Shown: positions 9,426 to 16,426, numbered from the stretch's first letter. The stretch: 64,000 bases of DNA from an uncultured Erysipelotrichaceae bacterium (GCA_902797995.1 CADBUX010000001.1:687-64686); one strand, 5' to 3'. Translations and numbers: made by a program. The notes: generated from the sequence alone by a model not told the origin.

Positions 9426-9772
9426 TAAACAATAATCATAGCTATTGCATAATCGCCATCATGAGAAATTGAAACATCAAAAGTTTTATTACCATAATCA
9501 TTTAAAATGCTATCATTAAGTTTAATAAAAGGTATTCCTGTCCCGTAATGAAGTATTTCTATTTCATTAAAAGGATAACTATCCATTCCAAGTTTTAAGG
9601 ACTTTAAAAGAGCTTCTTTAGCCGCAAAAATACCTGCAATAGTATTAGTATTATAATCTCTACTTTTTATATATTCTATTTCATTAGATGAAAACATTTT
9701 ATTAAATAAATGTTTTTTTTCTAATAAATTACTAAATCTTTTTATATATACAACATCAACACCAATATTCAT
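9422..9772 (-). CDS. acpS: holo-[acyl-carrier-protein] synthase (4'-phosphopantetheinyl transferase)
   Basis: 116 aa. MNIGVDVVYIKRF, FAAKEALLKS, ISHDGDYAIAMIIV. Its stop codon overlaps the stop of the convergent SGNH gene. Confidence 0.85.
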   Translation of the reverse strand: MNIGVDVVYIKRFSNLLEKKHLFNKMFSSNEIEYIKSRDYNTNTIAGIFAAKEALLKSLKLGMDSYPFNEIEILHYGTGIPFIKLNDSILNDYGNKTFDVSISHDGDYAIAMIIVY

Positions 9773-9938
9773 ATAAAATCACCTAATACTATTATAATAT
9801 ATTATCAATAAATATTATACAAAGTATTGATATTAATAGAATAAAAAAGCACACTATAATGTATAAATATAATTTGATAATTCAAATATTATCTTATATA
9901 ATATAAGTGAACAAAGAAAATATAGGATATGCTAGAAT

Positions 9939-9960
9939 TTGTGCACATTTTGTGCACATT
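9939..9960. repeat. exact tandem 11-bp repeat TTGTGCACATT x2, each with the palindrome TGTGCACA (candidate operator)
   Basis: Read directly at 9939-9949 and 9950-9960. Palindrome centres are 11 bp apart. Confidence 0.6.
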
Positions 9961-9982
9961 AGATGAATATTTTATATAAAAA

Positions 9983-10135
9983 ATGACAAAAATAGTACTT
10001 AAAATACAAAAAGTTATCTGTCCACAAACCATTGAAAATAAAGAAAATATCCATAATACTATAAATATGGAAAATATACTAATTTGGCTCGCATGTGGCA
10101 GTGGTAAGAAATATAAACAATGTCATGGTAAATAA
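9983..10135 (+). CDS. 50-aa ORF ending in a SEC-C-like motif (possible remnant or small protein)
   Basis: MTKIVLKIQKVICPQTIENKENIHNTINMENILIWLACGSGKKYKQCHGK. The tail matches the SecA/YecA-type motif CxCGSGKKYKxCHG, with the first Cys absent. Followed by a terminator. Confidence 0.35.
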   Translation: MTKIVLKIQKVICPQTIENKENIHNTINMENILIWLACGSGKKYKQCHGK

Positions 10136-10136
10136 T

Positions 10137-10175
10137 CTCGTTTTCCCTATAAATAAAGGGTTTACGAGTTTTTTT
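10137..10175 (+). terminator. intrinsic terminator after the small SEC-C ORF
   Basis: CTCGT..CCCT / AGGG..ACGAG interrupted stem followed by T7. Confidence 0.55.
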
Positions 10176-10242
10176 GTTAAATATTAATACATATGATAAA
10201 AATACTTATTTCATGCTATAATATGTGAAAAGGAGTGATTTT

Positions 10243-11742
10243 ATGTTTATGGCAATCAAAAGAGGTATTGTCGTTGTAATAGGTTTATCTTTGCAAATTC
10301 TGTTATTTTTATTTACTTATTTATATTTGGGAGATCATGTAACAGTTATTAGTATTATTTACCAAGTACTAGGATTTTTAATTGTTTTGTGGTTAATAAA
10401 GAATAGTAAAAGTTATGCTTATACTTTGCTATGGATAGTAATTATTCTATTGTTTCCTTTAGTAGGAACATTATTGTATTTAATTTTGGGATATAATAAG
10501 AAAATAAGTAGAGCATTAAAAAGCATAAAATCTAGCGAAAGCAATGCAAAAAAGTATTTAGTACAAGATAAAAATATTAGAAAAGAAATTGGAAATAATA
10601 GTAGGATTAAGTATATTACAGATTATTCTAATTATCCTGTAACTACTAATAATGATGTTACATATTATCCAATTGGTGAACTTGCTTTTGAAGAAATGTT
10701 AAAAGAGTTAAAGAAAGCAAAAAAGTTTATATTCTTTGAATACTTTATAGTAGCTAATGGTAAAATGTGGAATTCTATTTTAGAAATATTAAAGCAAAAA
10801 GTAAACGAGGGTGTTGAAGTAAGGGTTATGTATGATGATTTGGGATGTGTTACTACTTTAGATAGTTCTTATCCTAAATATTTACAGAGTTTTGGTATTA
10901 AATGTGTGGTATTTAATAAATTAAGTCCTCTTTCAGGAATTATTATGAATAATAGAGATCATAGAAAAATGCTTATAATAGATGGTAAGGTTGCTTTTTC
11001 TGGAGGAATAAATATTGCAGATGAGTATATTAATGAGATTGTAAAACATGGTCATTGGAAAGATAATGGAATAAAAGTGTCTGGTGATGCAGTTTGGAGT
11101 TATACAGTTATGTTTTTAACAATTTGGAATGCTTTTGATAAAATAGATAGTGATTTTACAAAATATAAGTATAGTTTTCCTAAGAGTAAGGGACATAAAG
11201 GTTATGTAGCTCCTTATGGCGAAACTCCTTTAGATGATGAAATAACTGGTCAAAATGTATATTTGAATATAATAAATCAAGCTAATGATTATGTATATAT
11301 TTTTACTCCATATTTAATAGTTGATACTGATATGATTAATGCTTTAACGCTTGCTGCTAAAAGGGGCGTTGATGTTAGAATAGTTATTCCTGGTATACCT
11401 GATAAAAAAATAGTTTATTCTGTTTCAGAAAGTTATGTAGAACCTCTTGTAAAGGGAGGGGTAAAAGTATATAAATATACTCCAGGTTTTGTTCATTCTA
11501 AAGTTTTTGTATCAGATGATAATGTTGCTACTGTTGGAACTATTAATCTAGATTATAGAAGTTTATATTTGCATTTTGAATGTGGTTTATATTTAGAAGA
11601 TGTAGAATGTGTTAAAGATGTAAAAAAGGATTTAGTAGAGACAATTACTAAAAGTAAAGAAGTATCTAAAGAAGAAGTAAAACCTTCAATAATAAAGAGC
11701 ATAAAACAAGCATTACTTAGATTAATTGCACCTTTGATGTAG
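10243..11742 (+). CDS. cls: cardiolipin synthase
   Basis: N-terminal TM pair plus two PLD HKD motifs (HRKMLIIDG, HSKVFVSDD). RBS AAGGAGTGA. Confidence 0.9.
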   Translation: MFMAIKRGIVVVIGLSLQILLFLFTYLYLGDHVTVISIIYQVLGFLIVLWLIKNSKSYAYTLLWIVIILLFPLVGTLLYLILGYNKKISRALKSIKSSESNAKKYLVQDKNIRKEIGNNSRIKYITDYSNYPVTTNNDVTYYPIGELAFEEMLKELKKAKKFIFFEYFIVANGKMWNSILEILKQKVNEGVEVRVMYDDLGCVTTLDSSYPKYLQSFGIKCVVFNKLSPLSGIIMNNRDHRKMLIIDGKVAFSGGINIADEYINEIVKHGHWKDNGIKVSGDAVWSYTVMFLTIWNAFDKIDSDFTKYKYSFPKSKGHKGYVAPYGETPLDDEITGQNVYLNIINQANDYVYIFTPYLIVDTDMINALTLAAKRGVDVRIVIPGIPDKKIVYSVSESYVEPLVKGGVKVYKYTPGFVHSKVFVSDDNVATVGTINLDYRSLYLHFECGLYLEDVECVKDVKKDLVETITKSKEVSKEEVKPSIIKSIKQALLRLIAPLM

Positions 11743-11786
11743 TGGTAACGTTGATAATATAATAAAATATTGTAAGGTTAAGATGT

Positions 11787-11808
11787 TAGGAACTAAAAAG
11801 TTCCTTTT
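11787..11808 (+). terminator. intrinsic terminator after cls
   Basis: AGGAAC-TAAAAA-GTTCCT stem-loop plus T run. Confidence 0.65.
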
Positions 11809-11811
11809 TGT

Positions 11812-11820
11812 GTGATATAA
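11812..11820 (+). promoter_or_regulatory. extended -10 promoter TGaTATAAT
   Basis: TTTTTGTGTGATATAATT lies immediately after the terminator. The same 18-mer recurs at 15736-15753. Confidence 0.5.
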
Positions 11821-11843
11821 TTATAATGAGAGTGAGTGATTAT

Positions 11844-12143
11844 ATGAGTCTTATAATAAATATTTATTATACTGGGGAAAATGGTAATGCAAGAAAGTTT
11901 GCTGAAGAAATGGTTTCTAGTGGAATAGTAGATAGAGTTCGAGCTGAGGAAGGTAACGAAAGATATGAGTATTTCTTTCCTATGGATGATCCTGAAACTG
12001 TTATGTTAATAGATAGATGGAAAAATGAAAAAGCATTAGATATTCATCATAAATCAGAGATGATGAAAGAGATAGCAGATTTAAGAAATAAATATAATCT
12101 TAGAATGATAGTAGATAAATTTGCCCAATTGGAGGATAAGTAA
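11844..12143 (+). CDS. antibiotic-biosynthesis-monooxygenase (ABM) domain protein
   Basis: 99-aa ferredoxin-like ABM pattern (LIDRWKNEKALDIHHKSEMM). Confidence 0.55.
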   Translation: MSLIINIYYTGENGNARKFAEEMVSSGIVDRVRAEEGNERYEYFFPMDDPETVMLIDRWKNEKALDIHHKSEMMKEIADLRNKYNLRMIVDKFAQLEDK

Positions 12144-12144
12144 A

Positions 12145-12651
12145 ATGAGTTTTGAAGAGATTATAAGAAAAAGAACTGCGGTTAGAAAGTTTAGTGATAA
12201 AAAGTTAGAAAAAGAAAAGCTTGATAAGATTTTGGAAGCAGGAAGACTTGCTCCTACTGCTAAGAATAGTCAACCTATTAAGATATATGTAATTAAAAGT
12301 GAAGAAGGAATATCTAACTTGGATAAAGCTACTAGATGTAGATATGGTGCTAGTACTGTTTTAATAGTTTGTGGTAATAAAGAAGAAGCATATCATAAAG
12401 GGGAGTACTCAACTTATGAAATGGATTCTTGTATTGTAGCAACCCATATGATGCTTGAGGCCACAAATGTTGGAGTAGATAATATATGGATTGAATCTTA
12501 TGATGAGAGTATCTTAAGAAAAGAATTTGATATACCTAATGAGTATATTCCTGTATGTATACTACCTTTGGGTTATAAAATAGATGATTGTCCTATAAAT
12601 CCAATGCACGATAAAAGAAAAAATATTGATGAATTGGTTGAATATAAATAG
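12145..12651 (+). CDS. nitroreductase family protein
   Basis: RTAVRKF...APTAKNSQP motif typical of NfsB/NfnB-like FMN nitroreductases. RBS GGAGG. Confidence 0.8.
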   Translation: MSFEEIIRKRTAVRKFSDKKLEKEKLDKILEAGRLAPTAKNSQPIKIYVIKSEEGISNLDKATRCRYGASTVLIVCGNKEEAYHKGEYSTYEMDSCIVATHMMLEATNVGVDNIWIESYDESILRKEFDIPNEYIPVCILPLGYKIDDCPINPMHDKRKNIDELVEYK

Positions 12652-12777
12652 TAGTTTTTTGTTTACAATCAATGGATTGTTATGATATGTTATTGATGGA
12701 AGGATATTGTTGAATGTAATACTTTTAGATTTTGGTTGTGTCTTGTATACTATTTATGGTAATTCTGACGACGATGT

Positions 12778-12786
12778 TGATATAAT
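12778..12786 (+). promoter_or_regulatory. extended -10 promoter TGaTATAAT upstream of the unknown six-gene block
   Basis: GTTGATATAAT read at 12776-12786. Confidence 0.4.
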
Positions 12787-12822
12787 AAAGTAGTAAAAAA
12801 GCATATTTATTTGGAGGTTAGT

Positions 12823-13302
12823 TTGAAAAAGAGTTCTATTATTGTTATTGTTTTACTAATTATAGTTATTATAATTGTATTGCTGTTACTAAAATTAAAA
12901 CATAATAGTAAAGCAGTCAATATTTCTAATATTGAAAATTTAGATTTTTATTATACACAAGGGTATATGGCTAATTCAGATGTTAGATATGAAATTAAGT
13001 GTAAAGAGGAGTGCGTTTTAATTTATAAACCTCTTGGTTTTTCAGATAAAGAATCTAAAAAATATAAAATTAGTTCTGATGTAATTTTAGAAGTCGAAAA
13101 TTTACTTAATAAATATAGGATTTATGAATGGAATGGTTTTCATGAAAGTGATAAAAATGTCTTGGATGGAGATTCTTTTGGCTTTTTTGTTACTATGAAT
13201 GATGGTGATAAGATTCAGGCTTCTGGTTATATGAGCTGGCCTAAGAATTATGGGAATGTAAAAAGGGGACTTGAATCTATATTTGAAAAAGTAATAAAAT
13301 AA
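12823..13302 (+). CDS. signal-anchored protein of unknown function
   Basis: GGAGG at 12813-12817, then TTG 12823. MKKSSIIVIVLLIIVIIIVLLLL anchor plus a ~130-aa soluble domain. No family recognised. Confidence 0.55.
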   Translation: MKKSSIIVIVLLIIVIIIVLLLLKLKHNSKAVNISNIENLDFYYTQGYMANSDVRYEIKCKEECVLIYKPLGFSDKESKKYKISSDVILEVENLLNKYRIYEWNGFHESDKNVLDGDSFGFFVTMNDGDKIQASGYMSWPKNYGNVKRGLESIFEKVIK

Positions 13303-13322
13303 TAGTGTGTGGAGGTTTTTAT

Positions 13323-13679
13323 ATGAAAGATTTATCTATAGTTGATAATTATATGGACGAAAGGGAATTTAGAAATTATGTTCAAGTTTTGCTAATAGAC
13401 AGAGGATATAAGTCTGTTACTATCGATGATGTGAGATTATCAGATGATACAAAGTTAAATGATAATGATATGCTTGCCCAAAAAGATGATATCACTTATA
13501 CTATTCAAACTTTTTTAAATGTTCCTGTTGGTAAAAATGAAATTGATGAAACTTATGATGATATGGATGCAGAAAGTGTTAGTGCGGGTATAATTATTAC
13601 TAATACTAAAGTTTATGATGAAATTAAGGACTATGCTAAAACTAAATCCATAGAAATTTGGGATAGAGATAATTTATAA
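13323..13679 (+). CDS. small standalone restriction-endonuclease-fold (Mrr_cat-like) protein, possibly with a degenerate active site
   Basis: EFRNYVQVLLIDRGYKSV..DNDMLA..YTIQTF..VSAGIIITNTKVYDEIKDYAKTKSIEIWDRDNL follows the Mrr catalytic-domain layout. The usual QxK reads QTF. Confidence 0.45.
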   Translation: MKDLSIVDNYMDEREFRNYVQVLLIDRGYKSVTIDDVRLSDDTKLNDNDMLAQKDDITYTIQTFLNVPVGKNEIDETYDDMDAESVSAGIIITNTKVYDEIKDYAKTKSIEIWDRDNL

Positions 13680-13759
13680 AATTTAGTAAAATGCATTTCA
13701 TAAATGAAATATATGTTGATAAAATTGTTTTATTCTAAATGGATATTTCTTCATAGTGG

Positions 13760-13768
13760 TGTTATAAT
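13760..13768 (+). promoter_or_regulatory. extended -10 promoter TGtTATAAT in front of a 16-codon mini-ORF and terminator
   Basis: GGTGTTATAAT read at 13758-13768. Confidence 0.35.
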
Positions 13769-13844
13769 GTTTTGTGATAGCTAAGGGTTGATGAAAATAT
13801 ATAGTTACATTTGTAACTTTTTTCTTGCTTTTTTTTAAAATTTG

Positions 13845-13853
13845 TGTTAATAT
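13845..13853 (+). promoter_or_regulatory. extended -10-like promoter TGtTAATAT for paralog 1
   Basis: TTTGTGTTAATAT read directly. Confidence 0.35.
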
Positions 13854-13870
13854 ATCGCCTAGGTGATTTT

Positions 13871-14464
13871 ATGCTTGAATTAAAAAGAGGTTATGATTCT
13901 AATTGTAAAGAAAAATTTATAATTAAGACAGATGAAGGGCCATTTAAGATTTATTATGGTTCTGATTTATGTTTATATTGGTCTTGTAGTGCATCTGATG
14001 ATATGAAAGATTTTTATCAATTTACGATTACTAATGAAAACAGACATGTTTATAATATGTTTGCAGCACTTTATGATTCTGTTGTCAGCAAAATGCCTTT
14101 TAAACATTTCTGTACTGATGAACCACAAAAGTATTATTCTTACAATGATAACAATTTAGTTAAAGATAATGCTATAGAATGGCATAGTGATGATTTTTCA
14201 TACGATGCTGCAAGTGTTTTAAAAATAGAAAAGAATAGCGAAACTGATAATTTTATAGTATCTTTTTATAAAAGTAAGCTTTCTTTTGATGATATTGGAG
14301 CTTTTTCTACTAATTCAGTTAAAATTGGTACTGGTGAATCTAGATATTCTCCATATAACGCTACATTTATAGATATGTATAAAAAGATGTGCAATTATTG
14401 TGAACAACGTGGTCATACATTTAGTAATAGTAAATTTGGGAGAAGAAGAGTTAGAACTAGATAA
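13871..14464 (+). CDS. unknown-family protein, paralog 1 of 4
   Basis: AGGTGATTTTATG start context. Shares the motifs LYD..(x)MPFK, IEWHSDD, F.KSK, RYSPYN.TF..MY.K and a basic C-terminus with the next three genes. Confidence 0.75.
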   Translation: MLELKRGYDSNCKEKFIIKTDEGPFKIYYGSDLCLYWSCSASDDMKDFYQFTITNENRHVYNMFAALYDSVVSKMPFKHFCTDEPQKYYSYNDNNLVKDNAIEWHSDDFSYDAASVLKIEKNSETDNFIVSFYKSKLSFDDIGAFSTNSVKIGTGESRYSPYNATFIDMYKKMCNYCEQRGHTFSNSKFGRRRVRTR

Positions 14465-14478
14465 GTTCTAACTTTTTT
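14450..14478 (+). terminator. intrinsic terminator after paralog 1
   Basis: GTTAGAACT-AGATA-AGTTCTAAC stem-loop plus T6. The left arm is coding. Confidence 0.7.
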
Positions 14479-14506
14479 GATTGACCCATAATTTATATGT
14501 TATTAT
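14477..14506 (+). promoter_or_regulatory. promoter for paralogs 2-3 (TTGATT, 18-nt spacer, TGtTATTAT)
   Basis: Hexamers read at 14477-14482 and 14501-14506, with TG at 14498-14499. Confidence 0.45.
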
Positions 14507-14524
14507 ATTTAAGTAGGTGATTTT

Positions 14525-15115
14525 ATGGTTGATATAAAAAGGTATAATAGTTCAGTTTGTGAAGTGTTTTCTATAACGAATAACTCTGGTAACCTAAAGC
14601 TTTTTACTTTTTATGATAATGACTTGCGTTTTACATGTGATGACCTTGAAAACTTTACTTATAGCATTGAAATATGTCCAGATGATTCATATTTTTATAC
14701 ACTCGTTGATGAAGTATATGATGCTGTTTCTAATCGTCAACCATTTAAATATCTTAAGTTTGATTTTGATGATAATGATTTAGTATTTTCTGAAACAGTT
14801 AGCAATTCTAAAAGCTTATTTAAAAATGGCGTAATAGAATGGCATAGTGATGATTCTGTTTATAATGTTGGTAGTGTTCTTTACATATTGAAAGAAGATA
14901 ATAGATATACTATGACTTTTCAAAAGAGCAAAGCACATTTAAATAGAGTTGACCCTTTTGCAGATTTTACTGTCACTATTGGAAATAATAGTAGATATAG
15001 TCCTTATAATATAACGTTTATGAACATGTTTAATAAACTTAGGGATTATTATGTTAATCAAATAAATATAAGTAATCATGTATCGAGAGAAATAGTTAAT
15101 GTTCGAAAAAAATAA
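14525..15115 (+). CDS. unknown-family protein, paralog 2 of 4
   Basis: Same AGGTGATTTTATG start context. Motifs VYDAVSNRQPFK, IEWHSDD, FQKSK, RYSPYNITFMNMFNKL. Confidence 0.75.
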   Translation: MVDIKRYNSSVCEVFSITNNSGNLKLFTFYDNDLRFTCDDLENFTYSIEICPDDSYFYTLVDEVYDAVSNRQPFKYLKFDFDDNDLVFSETVSNSKSLFKNGVIEWHSDDSVYNVGSVLYILKEDNRYTMTFQKSKAHLNRVDPFADFTVTIGNNSRYSPYNITFMNMFNKLRDYYVNQINISNHVSREIVNVRKK

Positions 15116-15132
15116 TAATAGTGAGGTGTTTT

Positions 15133-15711
15133 ATGGTTCAAGTAATTAAAAAAAATTTAGATAATACAGATGCTATTCTTATAAATGCAGATGAAGGAAT
15201 GTTTTATATTACTTTTGCAGGTAATCTGGATCTTTACATTGGTTATTACGGGGAAGATATAAGAAAAACTGATAAACATAGTTTTATTGTTTCGAAAGAT
15301 AATTATTTTTTGTATAGGTGTTTTGATGAGTTATATGATGCTATTATTTGTGAAATGCCTTTTAAAAATGGATTTGTATCTTTGGATAAGTACCCTCTTA
15401 AACATCTTTATTATCCGCTTATAAATAATAAAGTGATAGAATGGCACAGTGATGATGGTCTATATGATAAAGCTGCAATTCTTTTTATAGAAAAGATCGA
15501 TGGATCATATAGAATTACTGTTAAGGAAGGATTAGTAAGTGATATCAACATTCAGACTTCTTCTGTGAGATTTAGAAATCATGGTAGTATATACGATCCA
15601 TATAATTGTGCATTTATGGGCTTGTATAACCAACTTTGTACTCACAATTTTGACTATGAACAAATTACGATGGATGAGTATATAGATAGGATAAAAATTA
15701 AGAAAAGATAA
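15133..15711 (+). CDS. unknown-family protein, paralog 3 of 4
   Basis: GAGGTG RBS, then ATG 15133. Motifs LYDAIICEMPFK, IEWHSDD, IYDPYNCAFMGLYNQL. Confidence 0.75.
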   Translation: MVQVIKKNLDNTDAILINADEGMFYITFAGNLDLYIGYYGEDIRKTDKHSFIVSKDNYFLYRCFDELYDAIICEMPFKNGFVSLDKYPLKHLYYPLINNKVIEWHSDDGLYDKAAILFIEKIDGSYRITVKEGLVSDINIQTSSVRFRNHGSIYDPYNCAFMGLYNQLCTHNFDYEQITMDEYIDRIKIKKR

Positions 15712-15741
15712 AGACATTTCTTGTTTACTTTATCTTTTTTT
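15703..15741 (+). terminator. intrinsic terminator after paralog 3
   Basis: AAAAGATAAAG ... CTTTATCTTTT stem with T run. The left arm encodes the KKR-stop C-terminus. Confidence 0.6.
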
Positions 15742-15744
15742 GTG

Positions 15745-15753
15745 TGATATAAT
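15745..15753 (+). promoter_or_regulatory. extended -10 promoter TGaTATAAT for paralog 4
   Basis: TTTTTGTGTGATATAATT is identical to 11803-11820. Confidence 0.5.
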
Positions 15754-15775
15754 TTTATTGTAGGAGGATTTAGTT

Positions 15776-16363
15776 ATGACAAAAGTAACAAAAGAGAATA
15801 ATTGGGGAGAAAATGACGTTATCAACGTTCAAACAAATGAGGGAAACTTTTATATTTCATTTGAAAAAGACTTAAATTTATATTTTAGTTATTCAGGAAA
15901 CAATATTGAAGATGAAGATGAGTATAGTTTTACTATTGATAAAGAAAATGCTTTTTTATATGAATGTTTTGATGAATTATATGATTCCATAGAGAGTGAA
16001 ATGCCTTTTAAATATAGTGAAAATTTACCTAATACAGATTGCGTGTATCCACTTTCTAAAGTTTGTGTAGAACTTGATCATGGAGATGGCATAATAGATT
16101 GGCATAGTGAAGATGAATCAAATTATGATTTGGCTAGTGTTTTAGAAATAATGCCTTATATTGATTCTTATATTGTTACGTTTAAGAAAAGTAAATCTAA
16201 GATGGGGCATTCGGCTTACTCTGTTTGTATAAAGAATGGTGGTAGTGGATATGACCCATACAATGCTTCTTTTATGATAATGTATAATAAACTTCGCGGA
16301 CATAATTTTGAATTAGATAATAACTCTTTAGATAAAGGTTATATTAGAACTCTTAAAAGATAA
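15776..16363 (+). CDS. unknown-family protein, paralog 4 of 4
   Basis: AGGAGG RBS. Motifs LYDSIESEMPFK, IDWHSED, FKKSKSK, GYDPYNASFMIMYNKL. Confidence 0.75.
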   Translation: MTKVTKENNWGENDVINVQTNEGNFYISFEKDLNLYFSYSGNNIEDEDEYSFTIDKENAFLYECFDELYDSIESEMPFKYSENLPNTDCVYPLSKVCVELDHGDGIIDWHSEDESNYDLASVLEIMPYIDSYIVTFKKSKSKMGHSAYSVCIKNGGSGYDPYNASFMIMYNKLRGHNFELDNNSLDKGYIRTLKR

Positions 16364-16381
16364 TTTATTTTATCTTTTTTT
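16355..16381 (+). terminator. intrinsic terminator after paralog 4
   Basis: AAAAGATAA-TTTATT-TTATCTTTT stem-loop plus T run. The left arm is coding. Confidence 0.65.
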
Positions 16382-16426
16382 AATCTTTAATTTGTTATAT
16401 AATTATACTTATAATGGAGGTATTGT

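Noticed and set aside
9803-9832. Inverted repeat TATCAATA-(14 nt)-TATTGATA in the acpS upstream spacer.
   Set aside because: It is entirely A/T, short, and expected by chance in DNA this AT-rich. It is not repeated elsewhere in the window.
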